Assembly (NCBI GenBank): GCA_965140585.1
Contig: OZ223264.1
Span: 882,204-946,203 of the forward strand
DNA: 64,000 nt
Direction of reading: 5' to 3'
Source: Spirochaetia bacterium
Lineage (GTDB): Bacteria; Spirochaetota; Spirochaetia; UBA9216
The notes under the pieces were generated by a model, which did no database searches, was not told the DNA's origin, and worked only from the letters and a program-made list of their open reading frames with translations. Shown piece after piece: positions 38,596-48,865 of this stretch. Each line of letters begins with the position of its first letter. The stretch's first letter is position 1. The position numbers and the translations under genes are program-made.

Positions 38596-40050
38596 TTAGT
38601 TAGCCCCTTCAAATACTATCAGGCCGTTCGTCCCGTCGCCTGCTGCCGGAAATGAATTACTGTCGAGTTCCATTCTGACATGGCTCCATGCATAGGCTGC
38701 CGAATCATTTGAATCACCGAACTCTGCGTCAAATGCAAGCAGATAAAGTTCTGCTTCAAGTCCGGTATTATCAAAAAGGCTTCCGTTTACTGAAAATTCA
38801 CCGGGACCGAATCCGGCTGCAGGATAGCTTCCGTCTGTATCGGTACCTGTTCCTTCTTCAATGATAGTGTCTGCCGAAGCCAGAATCAAATCCAGTTCAG
38901 GTGAAACAGTTTCCCTGGAATTTTCGGTTCCGAGGGCTGAAGTAATCCCTGATACCCATTCTGACCAGTTGGAATAGGCTGAACCGGCTGGAACTTCTGT
39001 TCCTGCAAGGCTGCCGTAGACTGCGGAGTATTCCGCTGATTTCAGTATCCACAGATATCTTATCTGTCCTGCAGTATCATCTGTCACATCGGCCTGCCAG
39101 AGTACAACTCCGTTTTCAGTGTCGTAAAGGTCATAGTACCGTCCTGCGGTGATATTTCTTATCCATGGTGCAAAATTTATATCGAACTGGGTATCAGAAC
39201 CAGGATTCATCACAAATGCCTGCCTTAAAACATTGTGCTGCGGATTGGCTATCTCAAGCCAGTAAAGTCTGTTATACCAGTCAGTTACACTATCTCCGTC
39301 ATCATCGGGAAAGAGATAGCTGAGAGTGATATCGGAGCCTGTGCTCTGGTTAAGCTGGGTTGTGGTTTCATCAAACAGAATTGATGACTCGGGAAGGCTT
39401 TCGTCATATGAAAACGATGTTTCAGAAACATTACCGTTATCATCAATTATTCTCCAGTACCATCTTTCATAGGAAGTTGACCCGTCATCAAGAAGAGTTT
39501 CTCCGTAGTCGTTGAAATCAATCGATAGTTCAGCTGTGTTGAGGTTTGATGTCATTCTGTTAATTCTGGGCAGTCTCTGCAGACTTCCGTCATCATACTG
39601 ATTGAGGGCAAGATAGATTGAGGCGGCAGCAGAGGATATGAATTTTGTTGTTGACCCGGAGAACAGCAGTACATCGTAGCCTGATGTGTCGGCTACTTCC
39701 CAGTCGATTAACTCATAATAATGAGATGTTTCGTTTCCGTAGGCAAAAGCTTCTATAGTAAGGTCTGTCATTGTTGGAATATCGGGGGCTTCACCGAGCC
39801 ATCCAGATTCAGGATCAAGGGTCATGGATGCTACAAGGTTCTCACCCTCTGTGGTATAGACATAGACATCAATCCTTGATACATCGTCTATTGTTCCGTA
39901 GTAACCTCTGGATTCAAACTGATGTGCGGCAGATATTGTCAGGCTCGCTCTGTCTGCCGGCTGAAGCGAACATGACACCAGTGCAACAACTGTTAAAACT
40001 GCAATCAGTATGCCTGTACCTGATATATTTCTTCTGTTAGTCATATCCAT
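38596..40050 (-). CDS. Acidic lipoprotein of unknown function
   Basis: Signal peptide with lipobox LVSC; beta-rich and Asp/Glu-rich; co-oriented within the cluster. Confidence 0.7.
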   Translation of the reverse strand: MDMTNRRNISGTGILIAVLTVVALVSCSLQPADRASLTISAAHQFESRGYYGTIDDVSRIDVYVYTTEGENLVASMTLDPESGWLGEAPDIPTMTDLTIEAFAYGNETSHYYELIDWEVADTSGYDVLLFSGSTTKFISSAAASIYLALNQYDDGSLQRLPRINRMTSNLNTAELSIDFNDYGETLLDDGSTSYERWYWRIIDDNGNVSETSFSYDESLPESSILFDETTTQLNQSTGSDITLSYLFPDDDGDSVTDWYNRLYWLEIANPQHNVLRQAFVMNPGSDTQFDINFAPWIRNITAGRYYDLYDTENGVVLWQADVTDDTAGQIRYLWILKSAEYSAVYGSLAGTEVPAGSAYSNWSEWVSGITSALGTENSRETVSPELDLILASADTIIEEGTGTDTDGSYPAAGFGPGEFSVNGSLFDNTGLEAELYLLAFDAEFGDSNDSAAYAWSHVRMELDSNSFPAAGDGTNGLIVFEGAN

Positions 40051-40056
40051 CCCCCT

Positions 40057-41793
40057 CTATCTGACAGAAACCACGACAGGAGCAGACTCCTGTATGGAAT
40101 TAGTCGTAACGGCTTCGGTAAAGCCGATTTGAACATTCAGCTTTGCAAATTCAGGAATACTTACCTCCTGAATGCCATTTTCCTGCACTACTGCTGTTTC
40201 CTTTGAAATACCGGTAGCTTCGCCGCTGCCCGAAACAGCAACTTCAGCGCTTTCCCCGGTTTCTACAAGTACTTCATCGCCGGTATCTTCTGCCGGTGTT
40301 TCTTCAGCGATGTCTTCATCGCTATTTTCTGCTTCTGCTGACTGATCGGCTGCATCCTCGCTCTTTGATTCCTCTTCCCCGGCGGCTTCAGCTGCTTCTC
40401 TTGGTTTCTGCTTGTCACGCTGTATATTTCTGCTTGGAGGTCCAATTTTTAGCGCTACCTTACCTTCAAAAACCCTGAGGTTCAGTCCGTCAAAGCTGAA
40501 TTCTGTTCCTCTGACAGAAGCAGTTGCATGCGGTGCCATGACCTTGAAATCATGAGCACCCTCGCTTGCATCAACCTTTGCTTTGACCGAACCTACTCTC
40601 ATGAAGAGACTCGTCTGCTGAACACCGCCGTTCGAGGAAAGGGCATCAAGGGTCACCCTGCTCATCGGAGAAACTGATATGACTGAATCACCGAGCTGGA
40701 TTTCCGCTGAAGCCCCAAAGCCTGTGGCAACAGTATCACTTAGGTCCAGAGCCATTCCATTCTGGAGGCTCATCCATTCACCTGAATATTTCTGAACTTC
40801 AACCTTTCCCTTAATGCTTTTAACAACAGCAGAAGGCTGAGCTTCATTTACGAATATTTTTAAAGCGGCGGTTGTCACATTCTGTCCATCGCTTACTGCA
40901 ACTTTAATCTGGTAGTCCCGGCCCTTTTCAGGAAATCTGGAAAAGTCGAGGTAGGCTGATGCGCCTTCAGCAGCCCTCTGATCATCAACAAGCCACAGAT
41001 ACTTCAGCTCACTGCCCTCAGGATCAAGAGCTGAAGCTGTAAGTCTAATGCTTTCTCCATAATCTATTACACTGTAAGGAGCGCTCAATCTAAGTACAGG
41101 TGCGGAATCCCGTATTTCTTCAGATTCCCTGGTAATTAGACTTGTAAGAAGTATATTGTCAATTTCAGCCTGTTTCGCTGCTATGTTTACAGTACTGACT
41201 GCTTCTATTGTATTCTCACCGTCTGAAACTCTTACAGATATTGTTGCTGTTCTTTCATAGTCAGTTCTTAGATCAGTTACAAAAACCGGCTCGGTTTCTC
41301 CGGGCTGAAGTCTTCCGTCAACGTACCAACGATAGGCAAGGCTGTCGCCGTCGGGGTCCGTTGCTACTGCTTCAAATCTGCTTCTGTGATCTTCCAGGGT
41401 TTTTGATGTAATCATTGCTGCAGGGTCTCCGTTTCCGGGAGTTATCAGGTAGACCGCACCAATTCCTGTAATCAGCTTGCTGCTCTGATCGAATACCGCA
41501 GCCTGTACAAGACTTGACTGTGTAAGTTTTATTTCATTCCGGTATACAGGAGAGTTTGCTGTAGGAGGTGTTCCGTCGGTTGTGTAATGAATTTCCGCTC
41601 TTCTTATGTTTGTATCAATTCTTACTGCAATTGAACTGTTGTAGTCGCCTGGTTCGGGGTAGAAGGACAGCCCGGAGGAGGCTTTATCAGTTATATCCGG
41701 ACTGCACTGTGAAAAGAGAACTACTGCTGCAAGTGATAATACTATGATTGCCGCGTATAAACTGTATGTTCTGTTATCTTCACTTGATCTCAT
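40057..41793 (-). CDS. Lipoprotein with a CHB_HEX_C/Fn3-associated domain, two PKD/Ig-like repeats and a FecR domain
   Basis: FSQC lipobox-like site; IHYTTDGTPPTANSPVY; two DP.G..L.Y.W.VD..VSDG repeats; FecR-like SPMSRVTL..GSVKAKV..APHATASVRGTEF..VFEGKV. Confidence 0.78.
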   Translation of the reverse strand: MRSSEDNRTYSLYAAIIVLSLAAVVLFSQCSPDITDKASSGLSFYPEPGDYNSSIAVRIDTNIRRAEIHYTTDGTPPTANSPVYRNEIKLTQSSLVQAAVFDQSSKLITGIGAVYLITPGNGDPAAMITSKTLEDHRSRFEAVATDPDGDSLAYRWYVDGRLQPGETEPVFVTDLRTDYERTATISVRVSDGENTIEAVSTVNIAAKQAEIDNILLTSLITRESEEIRDSAPVLRLSAPYSVIDYGESIRLTASALDPEGSELKYLWLVDDQRAAEGASAYLDFSRFPEKGRDYQIKVAVSDGQNVTTAALKIFVNEAQPSAVVKSIKGKVEVQKYSGEWMSLQNGMALDLSDTVATGFGASAEIQLGDSVISVSPMSRVTLDALSSNGGVQQTSLFMRVGSVKAKVDASEGAHDFKVMAPHATASVRGTEFSFDGLNLRVFEGKVALKIGPPSRNIQRDKQKPREAAEAAGEEESKSEDAADQSAEAENSDEDIAEETPAEDTGDEVLVETGESAEVAVSGSGEATGISKETAVVQENGIQEVSIPEFAKLNVQIGFTEAVTTNSIQESAPVVVSVR

Positions 41794-42044
41794 TTAAGCC
41801 TCCTGCTTCTATTAAAGCAATAGCTGTGCCAGAAAGTGGAGAAAAATTGCAGATAATAGAGTTTGAAAAATGCCTTAATCGGTGTTTAATAAGGTTGAAA
41901 AAGAATAAAAATACAGTTTATTTATGTAATACGAATATAGGTTTTATGAGAGATAATTCCCCGGGTTTTCCTTTTTCATATTGATAATGATGTGATTGAG
42001 CTGTCTATCATTTTGATAATAAGTTTCCTGAAAAAACGGTTAGT

Positions 42045-43451
42045 TTAAAAACTCACAGTCAGTGCTAAAGAGCCGGCCCAGAGAACAGGCTTTTCACTAA
42101 GCTCAGAACTGAATGCTCCGTCCGGGGAGTAGCCGGGGGCAAAGGCGCTTACGGCAGCTGCTGCAGTCAGGTCTGAAAGAAGCTGCCATGTCAGATTCAG
42201 TGAAGCTTCTGTCCCGAGGTAGGGTGATAGTGAAGCGCTGTCGACACCGTATGCTGATATCGGCGCAACTGATGATCTGAAAAGTGATTTAACAAGAAGC
42301 CTGAATGACAGATTCTGCATCAGGAAACTGGATGAATCAAGAAAGGGGGCTGCTATCCATCCAAGATCGATATACCATGTATTTCCAAGAAGCAGTGACA
42401 GTACATTTGAAACAGTGACTGTCGAAACAGGGAAGTACGAAGTGTCGGTTCCTGCAGTGTTTCCCTCCTGTAATGCTGTTTTATCCCGGTCGCCGCTTGA
42501 GTAAACAAAATCAGCCTGAAACATGGAAAACAGCAGTTCCGGTGCAGAGAATGACAGGTTTATTCCGCCAGTGAAGGCTGTAATCGGAGTGTAGGCGTAT
42601 GAATCCGGAAAGGCTGCTGAAGTGCCGTAGGACATAATCCTTCCGGTTTCAAATACCCCGAATGCAGTGTACCCAAGCCTGTTTCCTATTGCTCCGCTGT
42701 TCAGCAGTTCTGCATGCAGGGTATCTATCAGTCCGCCAAGATGCTGAGACTCAAGGCTCTCTCCTTCAGCAATAAGAAACTCGGTACTGTATAAAGCTCT
42801 CAGATCCTTCTGATAAAGGAGGTAGAGACTGAATGCACCGGCTTTTTCGGTAACCGTCTCAGCTTTAGCATAAAACAGGAGTCTGGGGGCCGCCAGGACT
42901 GTGTAATCCTGACTGCTGTAGTACAGATCAAGAGTGGATATCAGTATTCCTGATTCCTGTTTCCATACAAGCCCGCTGTATGCGGAACCGAGGCTCAGGC
43001 TGATATCTCCGGCTGTGATGTAGGCACTCAGACCGTCCAGCGGCTGACTGAGGATGTGCATTGCAGGATCTGAATGTTGAAATCTGCCTGCCTTCAGCCC
43101 CTTGAACCAGTCTGAAGTTTCCGGTGCAGGAATGTATTGGTAATACAGTTCGGAAGGAAAAATGATATTTGTAATCAGCGAGCCTGAAACTTCTTCAGCC
43201 TGCCAGTCGAAAATTTCTGATTCATACCATCCCAGGGCCAGACTGCCCTGGATAAGCGATTCAGGTGTAAGTTTTTCTCCCGCCTTGAATGTAATTCCTG
43301 TACTCAGGGGGAAACTGAAAGTGACTCCGTCATCTGAAAGTGAAAGGGAGGTTGTCGTATTGCCTCCAAAATCAATTCCATTAACAATTTCAGTTCCGGA
43401 CAGAATTAAGATACCTATAAGTATAAGGTGGAAATAACCGGTCTTTTTCAC
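42045..43451 (-). CDS. Putative outer-membrane beta-barrel protein
   Basis: Signal peptide, amphipathic beta-strands (LKAGRF, YLGTEASLNLTWQL) and a C-terminal aromatic residue (GSLALTVSF). Confidence 0.62.
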   Translation of the reverse strand: MKKTGYFHLILIGILILSGTEIVNGIDFGGNTTTSLSLSDDGVTFSFPLSTGITFKAGEKLTPESLIQGSLALGWYESEIFDWQAEEVSGSLITNIIFPSELYYQYIPAPETSDWFKGLKAGRFQHSDPAMHILSQPLDGLSAYITAGDISLSLGSAYSGLVWKQESGILISTLDLYYSSQDYTVLAAPRLLFYAKAETVTEKAGAFSLYLLYQKDLRALYSTEFLIAEGESLESQHLGGLIDTLHAELLNSGAIGNRLGYTAFGVFETGRIMSYGTSAAFPDSYAYTPITAFTGGINLSFSAPELLFSMFQADFVYSSGDRDKTALQEGNTAGTDTSYFPVSTVTVSNVLSLLLGNTWYIDLGWIAAPFLDSSSFLMQNLSFRLLVKSLFRSSVAPISAYGVDSASLSPYLGTEASLNLTWQLLSDLTAAAAVSAFAPGYSPDGAFSSELSEKPVLWAGSLALTVSF

Positions 43452-43900
43452 TGGTAGGTATCCCGCCAGTTAATTGCTCTCTGAACAGTTGAAAGCAGAT
43501 ATTCACCGCTGAAATATGCTGATGGATTCTCTGTCGGTTTGATGATTCCCTTAAATGTCATTTCTTTAAAGGCATATCCCGGATTTTTAAATATTGAATA
43601 CATTATGCCGCCCTTCATTTCAAGAACAGACATCATGGTGCACATAAAGACATCGAGTGGAATTGCTGTGACGTAATTATACTCTTCAAGGCATGATGTG
43701 CGTAAAGATACCTTATTAAAAGCTGACGCCTCGTCATCAGCAGCAGACAGCTCTCCTGATGCTGCAAGCAGGATATACGACATCTGTCCGGCTGTTATCA
43801 TACTGCTTTCAAGCAGCTGATCAATTGCCTGATTCGATTGTGCAGCTGATAATGCGGCGGAAAGAATAATCATACATATTGCCGCTGTTATTCTCTTCAT
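43448..43900 (-). CDS. Secreted hypothetical protein, first gene of the envelope cluster
   Basis: Signal peptide MKRITAAICMIILSAALSAAQ; stop overlaps the next start (ATGA). Confidence 0.7.
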   Translation of the reverse strand: MKRITAAICMIILSAALSAAQSNQAIDQLLESSMITAGQMSYILLAASGELSAADDEASAFNKVSLRTSCLEEYNYVTAIPLDVFMCTMMSVLEMKGGIMYSIFKNPGYAFKEMTFKGIIKPTENPSAYFSGEYLLSTVQRAINWRDTYQ

Positions 43901-44012
43901 GCTTAAATATTAGGCTAAGAAATTTCTATTTTCAAATAGATTTATTATATGCTGTAAATAATGTTATTTTAGTTTGGTAAAAGAATGAATCAGGCAGTAT
44001 ATGGATGAGAAA

Positions 44013-44058
44013 ATTTTACATATGTAAAATAGACTAAATAAAACTTTACAAAAGTAAA
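44013..44058. promoter_or_regulatory. Palindromic operator pair upstream of the dehydrogenase operon
   Basis: Perfect 18-bp palindrome ATTTTACATATGTAAAAT at 44013-44030 and a 2-mismatch copy TTTACAAAAGTAAA at 44045-44058. Confidence 0.7.
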
Positions 44059-44113
44059 TAAATAGATTATATTCGAATCATCCTGATAATAAAGAAATTT
44101 GACGGGGGGAAAA

Positions 44114-45073
44114 ATGAAGCTGTCAAAACAAATACACAAAGAGCTTCTGCTCAAGATGATGCAGACAAGAGAATTTGAAGAAACTGCGGCCAGACTTTTC
44201 GTAGAAGGAAAGGTCCATGGAACCGCACATTTCAGTATCGGAGAGGAGGCTGCTGCAATAGGAGTATGTCATCCGCTTGAAAAAGAAGACTACATCCTTC
44301 AGACTCACCGAAGTCATAACCAGGCTATAGGTAAGGGAATGGATCTCGGCCGGATGATGGCGGAGTTCCGCGGAAAGGCCACCGGATACTGCAAGGGCAA
44401 GGGTGGAAGTATGCATATAGCGGACTTTTCGGTCGGAAGCCTCGGAGCAAACGGTGTTGTAGGCGGGGGGCTTCCTTTGGCCACCGGCGCTGCTCTTAAA
44501 CAGCAGTATAATAAAGAAAATAACATTACAGTCTGTTTCTTCGGAGACGGAGCCTCAAATGAAGGCGCTTTTCATGAGTCTCTGAACCTTGCTTCAGTAT
44601 GGAAGCTTCCTGTACTTTTTGTATGTACAAACAACTTTTACGGTATGTCCACAAGTACTAAGCAGTCAATGAATATCGACGATATTTCCATTAGAGCAAC
44701 AAGCTATGGAATGAAGGGTATTTCCCTCGACGGAAACGATGTTCTCAAGATCTATGAAGAGACTGTTAAAGCAAAAAAATATGTACTTGAAAACGGACCC
44801 ATGCTGATGGTTCTCAATACCTACCGGTGGCTCGGCCATTCCAAGAGTGACGCCCAGCTGTACAGAACCAAGGATGAGGTTGCTGAATGGAAGGAAAAAT
44901 GTCCTATTAAGAGGCATTCCGCTTATCTTCTTGAAAATAAAATAATGACTCAGGCCGAGATTGATGCTATTGCAAAGCAGGCTGCGGATGATGTTGTTAA
45001 GGCCGTTGAGTTTGCCGAGAACAGCCCTGAACCGAAGATCGAGGACATCTTCGACGACGTCTATGCTGATTAA
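44114..45073 (+). CDS. acoA: TPP-dependent 2-oxoacid/acetoin dehydrogenase E1 alpha
   Basis: [13 protein letters not shown] motif [10 protein letters not shown] and YRWLGHS. Acetoin versus pyruvate specificity is uncertain. Confidence 0.85.
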   Translation: MKLSKQIHKELLLKMMQTREFEETAARLFVEGKVHGTAHFSIGEEAAAIGVCHPLEKEDYILQTHRSHNQAIGKGMDLGRMMAEFRGKATGYCKGKGGSMHIADFSVGSLGANGVVGGGLPLATGAALKQQYNKENNITVCFFGDGASNEGAFHESLNLASVWKLPVLFVCTNNFYGMSTSTKQSMNIDDISIRATSYGMKGISLDGNDVLKIYEETVKAKKYVLENGPMLMVLNTYRWLGHSKSDAQLYRTKDEVAEWKEKCPIKRHSAYLLENKIMTQAEIDAIAKQAADDVVKAVEFAENSPEPKIEDIFDDVYAD

Positions 45074-45084
45074 AGGAGTTTTAT

Positions 45085-46065
45085 ATGAGAGAAATTACAT
45101 ATGCACAGGCAATAAATGAGGCCATGAGTGAGGAAATGCGCCGTGAGAAGAATCTTATTTTTATCGGCGAGGATATAGGTTTATACGGCGGAGCCTTCGG
45201 TGTCTCAAGAGGGATGTTTGAAGAATTCGGTCCTGAAAGAGTCAAGGATACTCCTATTTCGGAGCTTGTAATTGCAGGCTGTGCCGCCGGCGCGTCTATG
45301 ACGGGGCTGCGAACAATAGCTGAGATCATGTTCAGCGATTTTATCACCCTATCAATGGAGCAGCTTGCGAACCAGGCAGCCAAGAACCGTTTTCAGTTCG
45401 GCGGTCAGGCCAATGTTCCAATGGTACTCAGAACCCCCGGCGGTTCAGGAACAGGAGCGGCCGAACAGCACAGCCAGAGTCTTGAAGCCTGGGTAGCCCA
45501 TGTTCCTGGGCTTAAGGTTGTCATTCCTTCAACTCCCTACGATGCAAAGGGTCTTCTTAAAACTGCAATACGCGACAACAATCCGGTTGTTTTTATAGAA
45601 CAGAAACTTCTTTACAGAGCAAAGGGACCGGTTCCCGAGGTTGAAGAAGAATATACAATTCCCCTGGGAAAGGCTGATGTAAAAAGAGAGGGTAAAGATG
45701 TTTCCATAATTACCTACGGCCGCATGGCTCCCAGAAGCATAAAGGTTGCTGAAGATCTTGCTAAAGAGGGCATAGATGTTGAAGTTGTAGATATCAGAAG
45801 CCTTGTTCCCCTTGATAAGGAGACAATTATCAACTCGGCAAAGAAAACCGGAAAGGTTCTTATAGTTCATGAAGCATGCCAGACAGGCGGTTTCGGCGGT
45901 GAACTTGCGGCTACAATTGCCGACAGTGAGGCCTTCTTCTATCTTGATGCTCCCATCAGAAGACTCGGCGGACTTGATGTCCCTATTCCATACAACCCTG
46001 AACTGGAAGCACAGGTCGTACCAACAGAAGAAAAAATAGCAGCTGCTGTTAAAAGCCTGCTGTAG
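45085..46065 (+). CDS. acoB: E1 beta subunit
   Basis: GEDIG.YGG, DTPISE, EIMFSDF and QHSQSLE. Confidence 0.88.
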   Translation: MREITYAQAINEAMSEEMRREKNLIFIGEDIGLYGGAFGVSRGMFEEFGPERVKDTPISELVIAGCAAGASMTGLRTIAEIMFSDFITLSMEQLANQAAKNRFQFGGQANVPMVLRTPGGSGTGAAEQHSQSLEAWVAHVPGLKVVIPSTPYDAKGLLKTAIRDNNPVVFIEQKLLYRAKGPVPEVEEEYTIPLGKADVKREGKDVSIITYGRMAPRSIKVAEDLAKEGIDVEVVDIRSLVPLDKETIINSAKKTGKVLIVHEACQTGGFGGELAATIADSEAFFYLDAPIRRLGGLDVPIPYNPELEAQVVPTEEKIAAAVKSLL

Positions 46066-46073
46066 GAGGAACC

Positions 46074-47411
46074 ATGGCTGATAAAATCATAATGCCCAAG
46101 ACGGGCATGGCAATGGAAGAAGGCGTAATTATTGAATGGTTCATCAAAGAAGGTGATAAGGTTGCCAAGGGTGATGTTGTTGCTGAAATTGAAACAGATA
46201 AATCCACTATGGAACTTGAATCAGACTATGAAGGTCAGATTCTCAAAATTTTATACCCTGCAGGAAGTACAGTTCCGGTAGTTAAGACAATTGCCTGGAT
46301 CGGCGAACCCGGCGAAGCTGTTCCCGAAGAGGAAGCCCCCGCAGCGGCTGAGGCTTCTGCCTCAGCCGCTTCCGAAGCTGATAGCACAGCTTCCGGAGCC
46401 GTCGATGAGCTACCGGCAGCCTCCGGAGTTTCTGCCTCTGTAAGCGATTCCGGGCGTGTTAAAGCTACTCCCGCAGCACGCAGAGCCGCAGGTGAAAAGA
46501 AGGTTGATCTGGCTTCAGTTTCGCCTTCGGGAAAATACGGCGAAGTTCGGGAAACTGACGTGCTTTCCGCGGACTCTGTTTCAGCAACTCCTCTTGCTGC
46601 CAGAATTGCGGCAGATCAGCAGATTTCGCTTGGCGGAGTTTCGGGATCGGGGCACGGAGGAAAGGTTTTTAAGGCTGATATCCTCGGTTCGGGACTTAAA
46701 TCTCAGAATTTTGCTGTTTCAGCTGGACAGCAGAAGGATGAATTCGTTAAATTTACTAATATACAGAAGATAACCGGAAAAAGGATGCTTCAGAGTCATA
46801 CCGAGGTTCCGGTTGTTACTGAAAATACCAGGGCGGATGTTACGGAACTACTTGATACCAGAAAGAAGCTTAATGAAAGTCTTGGCAGTTCTATTACAAT
46901 TAATGACTTTATTCTCCTTGCGACAGCAAGGGCTCTTCGGGCAAATCCGAGAATGAACAGCCGTCTTGAAGGCGACGGTCTTCTTTATCTTGGGAACATC
47001 AATATCGGAATGGCTGTAGCAACAGACCGCGGTCTGGTTGTTCCGGTGATACCCGACGCAGACTGTTATACAATATCAGGTATTTCAGCCAAAGCGGCCG
47101 AGGTGGCGGAGAAGGGCAGAAACGGAAAGCTTAAGCCTGAAGAAATGCAGGGCGGAACGTTTTCAGTTTCAAATATCGGAATGTATGGAGTAACATCCTT
47201 CAGTCCGATAATCAATCAGCCTGAGGCCGGAATTCTCGGGGTCTGTGCAATCGAGGATCAGCTTAAAATGATTGACGGAGAAGTCGTTAACCGAAAGATA
47301 ATGGGACTGAGCCTGACATTTGATCATCGGGTAGTGGACGGCGCTGAAGCAGCAGTCTTCCTGAAAACAATCCGTGATCTGCTTGAGGCTCCGCTTACAA
47401 TTCTGGCGTAG
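46074..47411 (+). CDS. acoC: Dihydrolipoamide acyltransferase E2 (one lipoyl domain, two subunit-binding domains)
   Basis: Lipoyl-Lys ETDKS, two ATP.A..A..GSG..G repeats and catalytic DHRVVDGA. Confidence 0.9.
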   Translation: MADKIIMPKTGMAMEEGVIIEWFIKEGDKVAKGDVVAEIETDKSTMELESDYEGQILKILYPAGSTVPVVKTIAWIGEPGEAVPEEEAPAAAEASASAASEADSTASGAVDELPAASGVSASVSDSGRVKATPAARRAAGEKKVDLASVSPSGKYGEVRETDVLSADSVSATPLAARIAADQQISLGGVSGSGHGGKVFKADILGSGLKSQNFAVSAGQQKDEFVKFTNIQKITGKRMLQSHTEVPVVTENTRADVTELLDTRKKLNESLGSSITINDFILLATARALRANPRMNSRLEGDGLLYLGNINIGMAVATDRGLVVPVIPDADCYTISGISAKAAEVAEKGRNGKLKPEEMQGGTFSVSNIGMYGVTSFSPIINQPEAGILGVCAIEDQLKMIDGEVVNRKIMGLSLTFDHRVVDGAEAAVFLKTIRDLLEAPLTILA

Positions 47412-47433
47412 CATGCTTTCATAGGAGGTCGAA

Positions 47434-48843
47434 TTGGCTGGAAAAGATTTTGATGTAATTGTGATTGGCGGAGGTCCCGCGGGCTATGTTGCTGCCATCA
47501 AGGCTGCTCAGCTTGGAGCAAAAACTGCTCTGGTTGAGAAGGATGTACTTGGCGGAACCTGTCTTAACCGGGGCTGTATACCGACCAAGAATTTTCTTAA
47601 GAGTGCCGAGTTCATCTATGAACTTGCCGAGGCTGCATCAAGAGGTATTAAGCTTGAAAGCACAGCTTTCAAAGTTGATATGAAAGATGCGGTTTCCGCC
47701 AAGAACCAGGTGGTAAAAAAACTTACCGGGGGTGTAGGTACTCTTCTTAAATCAAACGGTGTTGAAGTATTCTACGGCTCAGGTGAGGCTAAATCGGCAA
47801 CCGAGGTTGTTATTGACGGCAAGAAAACCGTCACCGCCGGTGCTGTTATTCTTGCCGGCGGTTCAAAGGCTTCCAGGATTCCTGTTCCGGGTATTGATGA
47901 TCCCAATGTTATGACCAGTGATGAGATTCTCGATATCCAGGAAGTTCCGGGGCGGCTTGCTGTAATAGGCGGAGGCGTTATAGGAATAGAGCTTGCGATG
48001 GTTTTTGCAGCATTCGGGAGTAAAATTACAGTAATAGAGATGGAACCCAGGATTCTTCCTTTCATGGATAAGGAATCGGCTGACCTGATTGCAAGGTCGC
48101 TCAAGAAAAAGGGTGTTGAGATAAAAACCGGTGTTAAGCTTGAGAAGATAGAGAAGGTTTCCGGTGGAATTAAGCTGTCGGTAGATAAGGGCGATGCTGT
48201 AGAGGCTGATAAAGCCCTGCTTTCCATCGGCCGCCAGGCGGACACAAGCTGTGCCGGCGCTTCCGGTGTTGCCAGTGAACGCGGTAAGATAACCGCAAAT
48301 GAAAAGATGGAAACATCTGTTTCCGGCATCTATGCAGCCGGCGATCTTAACGGAAAACGAATGCTTGCCCACGCCGCTTTTAAAATGGGTGAGGTTGCCG
48401 CAGTTAATGCCGCGGCTTATGCAGGCATAAAGACTGAAGAAGCTCCCGCTGCAGCGGATATGCGATTTGTGCCGGGTGTTGTCTATTCGGTTCCGGAAGT
48501 TGCCGGCGTCGGACTGACCGAAGAGGAGGCTGCAAAAGAATACGATATTGCAGTTGGTAAATTTCCGCTTGCAGTTAACGGGAGAGCGTTGGCTGTGGGT
48601 GCAACCGAAGGCTTTGTTAAGGTGATTGCCGATAAAAAGTACGGTGAGATACTCGGTGTTCACATGGTGGGACACAGTGCTTCAGAGATAATCAATGAAG
48701 CTGCAGCGCTGATGGCTATGGAAATTACCGTTCATGAAGTATCAGAGATAATCCATGGTCACCCGACAATTTCAGAAGCATTTATGGAAGCCTGTGCCGA
48801 CTGTCTTGGAAAGTGTATTCATCTTCCTGCTTCCAAAAAATAG
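47434..48843 (+). CDS. lpdA: Dihydrolipoamide dehydrogenase E3
   Basis: GGGPAGY, GGTCLNRGCIPTK and HGHPTISE. Confidence 0.95.
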   Translation: MAGKDFDVIVIGGGPAGYVAAIKAAQLGAKTALVEKDVLGGTCLNRGCIPTKNFLKSAEFIYELAEAASRGIKLESTAFKVDMKDAVSAKNQVVKKLTGGVGTLLKSNGVEVFYGSGEAKSATEVVIDGKKTVTAGAVILAGGSKASRIPVPGIDDPNVMTSDEILDIQEVPGRLAVIGGGVIGIELAMVFAAFGSKITVIEMEPRILPFMDKESADLIARSLKKKGVEIKTGVKLEKIEKVSGGIKLSVDKGDAVEADKALLSIGRQADTSCAGASGVASERGKITANEKMETSVSGIYAAGDLNGKRMLAHAAFKMGEVAAVNAAAYAGIKTEEAPAAADMRFVPGVVYSVPEVAGVGLTEEEAAKEYDIAVGKFPLAVNGRALAVGATEGFVKVIADKKYGEILGVHMVGHSASEIINEAAALMAMEITVHEVSEIIHGHPTISEAFMEACADCLGKCIHLPASKK

Positions 48844-48865
48844 GTTTTCGGGTTAGTATTCCTGC

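Noticed and set aside
47772-48675. Antisense ORFs of 185 and 270 aa inside lpdA
   Set aside because: Codon-bias shadows of a conserved gene.
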